Shown one piece after another: positions 30,877 to 39,344 of a stretch of 64,000 nucleotides of DNA. Below the pieces are notes generated by a model that worked only from the letters and a program-made list of their open reading frames with translations, was not told where the DNA came from and did no database searches. The stretch lies in the NCBI GenBank assembly GCA_036502365.1, contig DASXYS010000219.1, positions 8-64,007 on the forward strand. The letters run 5' to 3'. The stretch's first letter is position 1. Each line of letters begins with the position of its first letter. A program made the position numbers and the translations under genes. The stretch is from Amycolatopsis sp. (lineage in GTDB: Bacteria; Actinomycetota; Actinomycetes; Mycobacteriales; Pseudonocardiaceae).

Positions 30877-31330
30877 GGGCTTCGCCGGTGACCGGCTCTC
30901 CGTGCACGACACGGCGGACGACCTCCAGGAACAGCGACGTGGCGCGCTGCAGGTCCGCGGCCGACTCGGCGGTGACCCGGCCGGTGATGCCGGCCTCCGC
31001 GGCGGCCCGGGTGGCCGAGTTGGCCGCGAAGAACGCCGACCACTCCCGGAGTTCGGGCGCGACGGCGTCGAGCAGCACCCAGCCGCTGGCCGGGCGGGAC
31101 CGTCCCCGGCCCGGGCGGCCGCGCGCGGCGAGCACCGCCGCGGCGCCGCGCAGCGCGGACAGGTATGCCCCGACGAACCGCTCCGCCGGGTCGCGCTCGC
31201 GCTCGGCTTCGGCCAGCCCGCGCTTGGCCTGGGCGAGCAGGGCGACCGCGGCCGGCGGCGCGGGCGGCCGCAGCGACAGGGGCAGCTGCGGCTGCCCGGG
31301 GTCCGCGGGGGACACGACCGAGACGGACAT
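30866..31330 (-). CDS. SAV_6107-family HEPN domain protein
   Basis: ERFVGAYLSALRGAAAVLA, WVLL..VAPEL.EW..FFA..S..RAAAEAG; AGGAGG RBS. Confidence 0.8.
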   Translation of the reverse strand: MSVSVVSPADPGQPQLPLSLRPPAPPAAVALLAQAKRGLAEAERERDPAERFVGAYLSALRGAAAVLAARGRPGRGRSRPASGWVLLDAVAPELREWSAFFAANSATRAAAEAGITGRVTAESAADLQRATSLFLEVVRRVVHGEPVTGEAHVA

Positions 31331-31433
31331 GACAACCCTCCTCCTGCTCGGGTGAGCCCCGGCCCGATGCCCGGAACGGAGGCGCTTCCCCCGCCCTCGC
31401 GCCGGGCACCGGCCGGTGCGCGCTCACCAGGTG

Positions 31434-31449
31434 TCGAACGTCTGTTCGA
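31434..31449. promoter_or_regulatory. LexA SOS box upstream of the HEPN gene
   Basis: Perfect TCGAAC-GTCT-GTTCGA. Confidence 0.85.
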
Positions 31450-31553
31450 ACGATTTCCAGAGTAACCCCAGGTGCCGCGTTCGCTCAACCCCGCCGGTGG
31501 ATTCCGGGGGCGTGGCGCGGGACACGGTGCCGGTGGCGTGGTCTCATAACCGC

Positions 31554-32078
31554 ATGAGCTCGCTCGACCATCCCGCCGTCGCCAAGGTCACAGCCATGCT
31601 GGCCGAGTCCGGCCAGCAGGCCGCGGCCGACGGCGTCCGGGTGCTGCCCGCCGAAGTCCGCACCGCCGCGCAGGCCGCGGAAGCGCTCGGCGTCCCGGTC
31701 GGCGCCATCGCCAACAGCCTCGTCTTCCGCGCCCGCACCGCCGACGGCGCGGAGACGGCGCTGCTCGCCCTCACCTCGGGCGCCCACCGCGCCGACCCGG
31801 CCCGGCTGGCCGAGCTCTCCGGCCTCACCGACGTCGGCAAGGCCGACGCGGCTTTCGTCCGTGAGCACACCGGTCAGCCCATCGGCGGCGTCGCGCCCGT
31901 CGGCCACCCGGCGAAACTGGTGACGCTCGTGGACACGGCGCTGCGCGCGTACGACGTGGTGTGGGCCGCGGCCGGACACCCGAAATCGGTCTTCCCGACG
32001 ACCTTCGACGGCCTGGCGGAGCTGACCGGGGCCACCGCCGGCGCGCTGGCGGGCGAAGAGAAGGATGACCGGTCGTGA
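31554..32078 (+). CDS. YbaK/EbsC aminoacyl-tRNA deacylase family
   Basis: TAAQAAEALGV..GAIANSLVF, VREHTGQPIGGVAPVGH, WAAAGHP. Confidence 0.88.
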   Translation: MSSLDHPAVAKVTAMLAESGQQAAADGVRVLPAEVRTAAQAAEALGVPVGAIANSLVFRARTADGAETALLALTSGAHRADPARLAELSGLTDVGKADAAFVREHTGQPIGGVAPVGHPAKLVTLVDTALRAYDVVWAAAGHPKSVFPTTFDGLAELTGATAGALAGEEKDDRS

Positions 32079-32647
32079 CCGCGACGTCCTCCGGGTGCTT
32101 CCGCTACGTCCAGCTTTCCGCGGACGAGTTCCGCGCGCGCCTGCCCGAGGCGCTGGCCATCTACGTGACCGCGATGCGCTACCCGGACGGCACCGCCGAG
32201 CAGCGGGCGCCGATGTGGCTGACACACGCGTTGCGCGCGGGCTGGCGCTGCATGGCCGCCCTCGACGCCGACGACGAACTGCTCGGCATCGCCTACGGGT
32301 ACAAGGGCCGCGCCGGGCAGTGGTGGCACGAGCAGGTGCGCCAGGGGCTGACCCGCCGCTCGGGCGCGCCGGAGGCCGACCGCTGGCTCACCGACTACTT
32401 CGAGCTGACCGAGATCCACGTGCGCCCGGAGAACCAGGGCAAGCGCATCGGCGAGGACCTGCTGCGGCGGCTGCTCGACGGCGTGCCGAGCGCCAACGTC
32501 CTGCTGTCCACGCCGGAGGGCACCAGCCGGGCGTGGAAGCTGTACCGCCGCCTGGGTTTCCTCGACGTGCTGCGGGACTACCACTTCACCGGCGACCCGC
32601 GGCCGTTCGCGATCCTCGGCCGGCCGCTGCCGCTCGACGCGCCGTAG
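32075..32647 (+). CDS. GNAT N-acetyltransferase (Rv2170-like)
   Basis: FELTEIHVRPENQGKRIG, AWKLYRRLGF, FTGDPRPF; GTGA overlap. Confidence 0.85.
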   Translation: MTATSSGCFRYVQLSADEFRARLPEALAIYVTAMRYPDGTAEQRAPMWLTHALRAGWRCMAALDADDELLGIAYGYKGRAGQWWHEQVRQGLTRRSGAPEADRWLTDYFELTEIHVRPENQGKRIGEDLLRRLLDGVPSANVLLSTPEGTSRAWKLYRRLGFLDVLRDYHFTGDPRPFAILGRPLPLDAP

Positions 32648-32648
32648 G

Positions 32649-33557
32649 TCACCTCGGTTCCGGCCGCCAGTAGCCGACCGCGAGCGCCGCGACCAGCAGC
32701 ACCGCGCCGCCCCAAGCGAGGGCGCTCAGGCGTTCGTGCAGGAAGACGACCGAAAGCACGGTCGCAGTGAGCGGCTCCAGCAACGCGGACAGCGCGCCCA
32801 GCACCGGGTGGGCGCCGCCGAGGCCGCGGAAATACGCGGCGTACGCGACGGCCGTCGGGACAGCGCCGAAGTACACGGCCAGCAGCAGCACGTCGGCGCG
32901 GGCGGGCAGGCCCATGCCGAGCCACATCGCGGCGGGCGTCAGCAGCAGGCCGCCGGCCAGACAGCCGAATGCCGTGGTGGCCAACGGTTCCAGACCGTCC
33001 ACGGGCTTCGCCGTGACGAGCGTGAGCACGGCGAACCCGGCCGCCGCGAGCAGCGCGAAGCCGAGCCCGCCGGCCAGCCGCGCGGGTGACGTCGCGGCCT
33101 CCGGAGACCAGCGCAGCAGCACCAGCCCCGCGACGGCGCCGCCGACGGACACCAGCGTCCACAGGCGGGGCGCGCGGCGGTTCCGCACCGCGGAAACCAC
33201 TGTGAGCACAACAGGTGCGGCGCCGATCGTGGTCATTGTCGCCGTGCTGACAGAGCTGAGCGAGACGGCGGCGAAATAGCCGGTCTGGAACAAGGCGAAC
33301 AGGCAGCCCACCGCGAGCAGACGGCGTAACGCTTCAGGCGTGCGCGGCAGGTCGCGCACGCCGCCGGTGAGAGCGACGTACGCGGAGGCAGTGACGCCGC
33401 CGATCAGCAGCCGGTACGCGGCCACGGCCAGCGGGTGCAGCCCGGCGAGCTGCCCCAGCAGCGACCCGGCGAGCCCGCCGGTGCCCCACAGCACCCCGGC
33501 GAGCACCAGCGCGGCCGATGAACGGGCGCGCGCAGGCGAAGTTATCGAAAGAGACAT
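32649..33557 (-). CDS. EamA/DMT transporter
   Basis: LWGT, ~10 TM segments, ALLEPLTA, LHERL. Confidence 0.88.
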   Translation of the reverse strand: MSLSITSPARARSSAALVLAGVLWGTGGLAGSLLGQLAGLHPLAVAAYRLLIGGVTASAYVALTGGVRDLPRTPEALRRLLAVGCLFALFQTGYFAAVSLSSVSTATMTTIGAAPVVLTVVSAVRNRRAPRLWTLVSVGGAVAGLVLLRWSPEAATSPARLAGGLGFALLAAAGFAVLTLVTAKPVDGLEPLATTAFGCLAGGLLLTPAAMWLGMGLPARADVLLLAVYFGAVPTAVAYAAYFRGLGGAHPVLGALSALLEPLTATVLSVVFLHERLSALAWGGAVLLVAALAVGYWRPEPR

Positions 33558-33680
33558 CGGAAAACGCTCCAGCGTCGAAGGATTTCAGGACGTTCGACGA
33601 CGCGGGGCGGACTTCTTCAGGCCGTGTTACGGCAGCACTGATCAACCGCGGAACCGGCTCCGCGGCAGGTACCGCCCCGC

Positions 33681-33722
33681 TCAGGCGCGGGGCGGCGGGG
33701 TGACGAGGAAGATCCGAAACAC
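33681..33722 (-). CDS. putative leaderless leader peptide MFRIFLVTPPPRA upstream of EamA
   Basis: GTG at 33722 lies 7 nt after a TAGGCT -10; CCG-CCG-CCC Pro run; stop codon inside a 9-bp hairpin. Confidence 0.55.
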   Translation of the reverse strand: MFRIFLVTPPPRA

Positions 33723-33897
33723 GGGCGGGAGCCTAGTGACGGAAACCGGGTGGGGCCAAGGGTTTTCCAGCGGGCTGGGACGACACCCGGCGGCGCGGCC
33801 GGGGCCGGTGCGGTGAGCACTCCCCGATCCCGCGCGCCGAGCCGGTTGCCGTGCGGTGTTACTTGCCGAGGACGCCGCCGACGTGGCGCGTCATCCG

Positions 33898-35589
33898 TCA
33901 GTCCAGCTGGGCCAGCTGCTCGCGCAGCGTGTCCAGGCCCATACCGCCCATCCGGAGGGCCTGGGTGTGGAACTCCTTGATGTCGAAGGATTCCCCCTGC
34001 CGGGCGCGGGCGTCGTCGCGGGCGGCGAGCCAGAGGCGTTCGCCGAGCTTGTACGCGGGGGCCTGTCCCGGCCAGCCGAGGTAGCGGTCGATCTCGTCGT
34101 GTACATGAGCCTGGTCGGTGATCGTCCGGGTGAGCATGAACTCCAGGCCCAGCTCCGGGGTCCACCGCTCGCCCTCGTGGAAGCCCGTGCCCGCCGGGAT
34201 CTCCAGCTCCAGGTGCATGCCGAGGTCGACGACCACGCGAGCGGCGCGGAACAGCTGCTCCGACAGCATGCCGAGCAGGTTCCCGTCGTCGGCGAGGTAG
34301 CCGAGGTCCTGCATCAGGCGCTCGGCGTAGAGGGCCCAGCCCTCGCCGTGCGCGGAGATGAAGGTCATCAGCCGCTGGTACTTGGTGAGCGACTCCGCCT
34401 GGTTGACGGCCGTCGCGACTTGCAGGTGGTGGCCGGGGACGCCCTCGTGGTAGACGGTCGAGACCTCGCGCCAGGTGGTGAACTCGTCCTTGTCCGCGGG
34501 CAGCGACCACCACATCCGGCCCGGACGGCTGAAGTCCTCGCTCGGCCCGGTGTAGTACGCGCCCACGCCGCCGCCCGGCGGCGCGATCCGGCACTCCAGC
34601 GCCATCAGCCGGTCGGGGATGTCGAAGTGCTTGCCGCGCAACGATTCCAGCGCGTCGTCCGACAGCGACTGCATCCACGCCTCGAACTGGGCCCGGCCCT
34701 TCACGCGGTAGCGCGGGTCGGCGTCGAGCACCGCCGCGGCCTCGGCGACGGTGGCGCCCGGCCGGATCCGGTCCGCGACGACGCGCATTTCGGCGTCGAT
34801 GCGCGCGAACTCGCCCCAGCCCCACTCGTAGGCCTCGCGCAGGTCGAGCGAAGCGCCGATGAAGTAACGCGACCACAGCTTGTAGACGTCCTCGCCCACC
34901 GCGTCCTTGGCCGGCGCGCGCGGCGCCAGCTCGGCGCGCAGGAAGCCCGCGAACTCCGCGAACGCCTCCTCCGCCCCGCGCGCGCCCGCGGCGAGGTCGT
35001 CCTCCAGCCCGGCGGCGGCGGTGTTGCCGGACGCGGCGCCGACGAGCCCGGTGAAGAAACCCGGCCCGTCCTTGAGCCCGGCCCAGGTCTCGCACTGCTC
35101 GGCGACCTTGCCGATCTGGCGCAGCGCCGAGACGTGGCCGTCGTCGGCCGCGGCCAGCAGCGACGCGCGGATCCCGGCGAGCGCCGCGGGCACCTTCCCG
35201 AGCCGGGCGACGATGTCGCCCCACTGCGCGGCGGTGTCCATCGGCATCAGGTCGAACACCATGCGCAGGTCCTGCACCGGGCTGGCGATCACGTTCAGCG
35301 CGGCCAGGTCGAGGCCGGCCTCGTGGATCTCGACGTCCAGGCCCACCCGCTCGGCGAACACCGCCTTGGCGACGCGCTCGCCCGCGTCGGCGGGCTCGGC
35401 GGCAGTGATCTCGGCCAGCGCCCGCGCGGCGAGCGCGGCCCGGGCCGCGTGCCCCTGCGGCGAATAGTCGGTGAGCTGGTCGTCGTAACCGTCGACGCCG
35501 AGCACGGTCGCGGCGACCGGGTCCAGCGCCGCGTAGTCGTCGACGTACCGGTCGCAGATCCCGCGCACGCCCTCTTCGGTGGAAGCCAT
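33898..35589 (-). CDS. DUF885 family protein (possible metallopeptidase-like fold)
   Basis: YHEGVPGHHLQ, EGWALYAE, RAARVVVDLGMH, EIDRYLGWPGQA. Confidence 0.88.
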   Translation of the reverse strand: MASTEEGVRGICDRYVDDYAALDPVAATVLGVDGYDDQLTDYSPQGHAARAALAARALAEITAAEPADAGERVAKAVFAERVGLDVEIHEAGLDLAALNVIASPVQDLRMVFDLMPMDTAAQWGDIVARLGKVPAALAGIRASLLAAADDGHVSALRQIGKVAEQCETWAGLKDGPGFFTGLVGAASGNTAAAGLEDDLAAGARGAEEAFAEFAGFLRAELAPRAPAKDAVGEDVYKLWSRYFIGASLDLREAYEWGWGEFARIDAEMRVVADRIRPGATVAEAAAVLDADPRYRVKGRAQFEAWMQSLSDDALESLRGKHFDIPDRLMALECRIAPPGGGVGAYYTGPSEDFSRPGRMWWSLPADKDEFTTWREVSTVYHEGVPGHHLQVATAVNQAESLTKYQRLMTFISAHGEGWALYAERLMQDLGYLADDGNLLGMLSEQLFRAARVVVDLGMHLELEIPAGTGFHEGERWTPELGLEFMLTRTITDQAHVHDEIDRYLGWPGQAPAYKLGERLWLAARDDARARQGESFDIKEFHTQALRMGGMGLDTLREQLAQLD

Positions 35590-35638
35590 GCCGGGCACGC
35601 TACCGGCCTGTCACCATCCGGCGACACCGACTTGGGGA

Positions 35639-36523
35639 TTAGGCGCGGGCCGGCACCAGGCCCAGCCGGCCCACCACCTCACGCGTGGCCTTGGACCGGT
35701 TGAACGTGTAGAAGTGCAGGTCCGGCACGCCTTCGGCAATCAGCTTCTCGCCCAGCTCGGTGACCAGGTCAATGCCGGCCGCGCGGAACGCCTTGGGATC
35801 GTCCGAAAGCGGTTCGAGCCGGTCCAGCAGCCGCTGCGGCGCCGGCACGCCGGCCAGCTTGACGGTGGTGTGCAGCGTCCGCAGCGTGGTCAGCGGCATG
35901 ATGCCGGGCAGCACCGGCGCGTCACAGCCCGCCGCGGCCACCCGGTCACGCAGCCGCAGGAAGTCCTCGGCCTCGAAGAACAGCTGCGCGATGGCGAAAT
36001 CGGCGCCCGCGCGGAACTTGCGGATCAGGTACTTCGTGTCCGACTCCAGGTCCGGCGAGCGCGGGTGCCCGTACGGGAAGGCCGAGACGCCGACGCAGAA
36101 GTCGCCGAGCGAGCGGACCAGCTCGACCAGCTCCTCGGCGTACCTCAGCCCTTCGGGGTGCGGGACCCAGTCGCCGTAGACGTCGCCCGGCGGGTCCCCG
36201 CGCACGGCGAGGATGTTGCGGACGCCGACGGCGGCGTACCAGCCGATCACGTTGCGCAGCTCGGAAACCGAGTGGTCGACGGCGGTCAGGTGCGCCATCG
36301 GGCAGAGCGTGGTCTCCGTGGCGACGCGGGCGATGCTGCGGATGGTGCCGTCGCGGCTGGAGCCGCCCGCGCCGTAGGTGATGGACATGTAGGCGGGGTC
36401 AAGCGGTTCGAGTTCGCGGACGGCCTTCCAGAGCACGGCCTCGTCGGCCTCGTCCCGTGGTGGGAAGAACTCGATGGAGAACGCGGGCGCGTCCCCCTGC
36501 AACCGCTCGATCACCGTCGTCAT
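35639..36523 (-). CDS. metF: 5,10-methylenetetrahydrofolate reductase
   Basis: SIEFFPPR, SITYGAGG, AHLT, RGDPP, AQLFF, HFYTFN. Confidence 0.93.
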   Translation of the reverse strand: MTTVIERLQGDAPAFSIEFFPPRDEADEAVLWKAVRELEPLDPAYMSITYGAGGSSRDGTIRSIARVATETTLCPMAHLTAVDHSVSELRNVIGWYAAVGVRNILAVRGDPPGDVYGDWVPHPEGLRYAEELVELVRSLGDFCVGVSAFPYGHPRSPDLESDTKYLIRKFRAGADFAIAQLFFEAEDFLRLRDRVAAAGCDAPVLPGIMPLTTLRTLHTTVKLAGVPAPQRLLDRLEPLSDDPKAFRAAGIDLVTELGEKLIAEGVPDLHFYTFNRSKATREVVGRLGLVPARA

Positions 36524-36619
36524 GAACGGAAATGGTAGTGGGCGAAACCGGGCGCGGGCAGTCCCTGCACGTGGCCTTGACCACGGGTACCGTCAAAGCC
36601 CGGACGCGATGGAGAAGCC

Positions 36620-37339
36620 ATGACCGAGCTAGCGAGTGCATCAACCCGGGTTCAAGCCGGCCGCGAGAGCCTCGACACCGCCTGGGACGAGGACGTGCGA
36701 GTGGCCGTGTACCGGGCGTTCTCGGTGCACGGCCGGCCGCCGACCGCGCCGGAGCTGGCCGACGCCGCGCACGGCTCGCTGGCCGTGGCCAAGCAGGCGC
36801 TGCACCGCCTCGACGCCGCCCGCCAGCTCGTGCTGGACGAGTGCGAGCACGTGGCGCTGGCTCACCCGTTCGCGGCCATTCCGCTCGGGTTCTCCGTGAT
36901 GGGCGCCCGCACGCTGTGGTGGGGCGGCTGCGCGTGGGACTCGTTCGCGATCCCGCACCTGGTGCCGGCCGAGCCGGAGGTGCTGGTCTCGACCCGCTGC
37001 CCCGGCTGCGGCGAGCCGAGCGCGCTGATCGTCGGCCGTGACGGGCCGCCGTCGGGCGCGCAGGTGGCGCACTTCCCCGTGCCCGCGGCCCGGATGTGGG
37101 ACGACGTGCGGCGCACCTGCTCGCTCCAGCGACTGTTCTGCGATGAGTCCTGTGTGGACGAATGGGCCGGGGAATCGGGTACCGCCAAGGGATCCGTGCT
37201 CGATCTGGACACGCTGTGGCACCTGGCGAGCGGCTGGTACGCGGGCCGCCTCGACCACGGCTACCGGCGGCGCGAGCCGGCCGAGGCGGCGGACTACTTC
37301 CGGGGTGTCGGGCTGACCGGGACCTTCTGGGGCGAGTAG
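36620..37339 (+). CDS. alkylmercury lyase (MerB)-like protein
   Basis: N-terminal winged helix, AHPF, WGGCAWDS, RCPGCG, RTCS...FCDE. Confidence 0.7.
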   Translation: MTELASASTRVQAGRESLDTAWDEDVRVAVYRAFSVHGRPPTAPELADAAHGSLAVAKQALHRLDAARQLVLDECEHVALAHPFAAIPLGFSVMGARTLWWGGCAWDSFAIPHLVPAEPEVLVSTRCPGCGEPSALIVGRDGPPSGAQVAHFPVPAARMWDDVRRTCSLQRLFCDESCVDEWAGESGTAKGSVLDLDTLWHLASGWYAGRLDHGYRRREPAEAADYFRGVGLTGTFWGE

Positions 37340-37995
37340 CCGACGACCTTCCCGTCGAGCACGCAGGTCGCCACCGGTGAGGGCAGCGGCGACAGCGTCA
37401 CCACGTCCCGCGAGCACGGCGGCGCTGGTTCCGGTCCGCTGCCCGCCGACAGCAGCGCGATCACCGCGGCCACGGCGCCGGCCACCACCGCGCCGGCTCC
37501 CGCCCAGACCAGTCCGCGCCGCGGCTTTCCCCGCGGCGGGGCCGAAATCACGGCGGGCGAGCGCGGTGCCGTCCTGGACCGGAGCGTCGCGACCCGGGCC
37601 AGCCCGACCTCGAACGGCGCCGACGCCTCCGCCCGGAACTCCTCCTCACCGTCGAGGAACCGGCGGTAGACGGCCAGCGCGATCGCATCCGTCCAGGCGA
37701 GGGCGGCGCCGGCGTCGGCCGGTTCACCGCGCGGGCACAGGAGCCCGTGCAGCAGGACGAGCGGCCGGCCATGCTCATCGCGGGGCTCGCCGCCGGCGTC
37801 GGCCCTCGTCACCGCGTGCTCGGCCCAGGTGAGCGAGCCGAACGGGGTCGCGGCGGTGCGGAAGGACACGTCGTCGAGCGGCACGGCGGTTTCTTCCAGG
37901 AACCCGTGCTCGCCGAGGAAGCCCGGCACGAGCAGCGCCGAGTAGCCGCGCCGCCGTCCCCGCGCCACCAGGAACGGCCACGCCTCGCCGATCAC
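37294..37995 (-). CDS. hypothetical membrane protein coupled to the GTPase
   Basis: GTGA overlap with GTPase stop; WPFLVARGRRRGY, RDEHGRP; C-terminal TM helix followed by a Cys pair. Confidence 0.7.
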   Translation of the reverse strand: MIGEAWPFLVARGRRRGYSALLVPGFLGEHGFLEETAVPLDDVSFRTAATPFGSLTWAEHAVTRADAGGEPRDEHGRPLVLLHGLLCPRGEPADAGAALAWTDAIALAVYRRFLDGEEEFRAEASAPFEVGLARVATLRSRTAPRSPAVISAPPRGKPRRGLVWAGAGAVVAGAVAAVIALLSAGSGPEPAPPCSRDVVTLSPLPSPVATCVLDGKVVGYSPQKVPVSPTPRK

Positions 37996-39272
37996 CAGTC
38001 ACCCCAGCGGTCGCCGCCGAGGCGGGAGTCGGGCAGCTTCGCCTCGAGCACCGCGACCTGCCGCTGCAGCTCGCCGACGACCCGTCGCCGGGCCTGGACG
38101 AACTCCTCCGCCCGGCGGTCCGCTTCACCGAGCCGCGCGAGCCGGGCGCCGTGCTCCGCCGGGTCGTAGCCGCGCGGGCCGAGCGTGTCGAGCAGCAGCG
38201 ACAGGCCGGACTCCGCGATCACGCCCGCGCCGACCGCGGACATCAGGATCCGCGCGGCCTTTCCCGTGACGTATGTGCCGAGCGTCCGCAACGCCTCACC
38301 CGGCCCCATCCGCACCCGCCGCTGCGCCGCGGCAAGCAGCTCGGCCCGCGTCGCGTGGTCGAGCGACATCTCGGTCTGGCGCAGGATGTCCGGCACCACC
38401 ACCGAAAGCGCGGCCTCGACGTTCGACGGCCGGAACCGGCCGCCGGGGTTCTTCCGCACCGCGCCGTCGCGGTATTCGGCGAAATCGTGCCCGACGGCGG
38501 TGACCGGGATCAGCCGCACGATCCGCCGGGTGCTGTGGACCTTGACCAGGTCGGCGAAGCCGGGGGTGTCCATCAGCCGCTCGCGCACCATCCGCAGCCG
38601 CTCGTTCTCGTCCGGGTGCAGGTGGTCGAGCAGGTCCCACTTGGTGATCACGAAGACGATCGGGCTGCGCACCGGCAGCATCGCGTTGATCATCGCGTCG
38701 AGCGAGGCCTCGAGCATCAGCTGCCCGCGCTGGTCGCCGTTGTGGGCCTGGAGCAGGCGGAAGCCGTCGATGATGCCGACCAGCGCGTCGGCGCCGGCGA
38801 TCGCCTCGAGCAGCGTGGCCTGCGCGGTGGAGCCGGGCGCGTCCGGGTCGGTCAGCAGTTCGCCGGGGTATTCGAGGTAGCCGAGCTTCACCACGGGCTC
38901 GGCGTCCGCGCCGACCTGGGTCATCACGCTGAACTCGAACTCGCGCAGCTCGCCGCGGGTGGTCCCGCGCGGCCACTCCTCGTTGACGTCGGCGGCCTTG
39001 CGGTACCAGCGGTTCAGCTCGATCAGCTGCTCGTGCGGCACGCGCAGGTAGAAGCCGCGGTCGGCCGGCGTCTGCAGGCGGCGGTAGATCCCGGTCAGCA
39101 GCAGCGTCTTGCCCGAGCCCTGCAAGCCGAGCGTCACGATCCGGAACGCCGGGATGCCGCCGGGCGGTCCGGTCAGGTTTTCCTTGGTGTGCTTGCGTTT
39201 CCGGCGTCGCAGGGCCAGCCCGATGGCCAGCGCGACGAGGACGGACACGAGTAGCGGCAGCAGGGTTGTCAT
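37992..39272 (-). CDS. N-terminally anchored TRAFAC-class P-loop GTPase
   Basis: TM helix plus RRRKRK; G1 GLQGSGKT, G2-like RGTT, G3 variant EYPGE, G4 ITKWD; C-terminal hydrophobic and coiled region. Confidence 0.78.
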   Translation of the reverse strand: MTTLLPLLVSVLVALAIGLALRRRKRKHTKENLTGPPGGIPAFRIVTLGLQGSGKTLLLTGIYRRLQTPADRGFYLRVPHEQLIELNRWYRKAADVNEEWPRGTTRGELREFEFSVMTQVGADAEPVVKLGYLEYPGELLTDPDAPGSTAQATLLEAIAGADALVGIIDGFRLLQAHNGDQRGQLMLEASLDAMINAMLPVRSPIVFVITKWDLLDHLHPDENERLRMVRERLMDTPGFADLVKVHSTRRIVRLIPVTAVGHDFAEYRDGAVRKNPGGRFRPSNVEAALSVVVPDILRQTEMSLDHATRAELLAAAQRRVRMGPGEALRTLGTYVTGKAARILMSAVGAGVIAESGLSLLLDTLGPRGYDPAEHGARLARLGEADRRAEEFVQARRRVVGELQRQVAVLEAKLPDSRLGGDRWGDW

Positions 39273-39344
39273 GGTCGCCTCACCTCTCCCTCTCCGCCAG
39301 ACGGAGTGGCGGGCGGACGCGGTGATACAGCCGGTTCGTGAGTT

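Noticed and set aside
31528-31550. PafBC-like motif upstream of ybaK
   Set aside because: Spacer is 11 nt rather than 10, and both hexamers are imperfect
36620-37339. Mercury-resistance operon
   Set aside because: No merA, merR or transporter nearby; kept only as an orphan MerB-like gene
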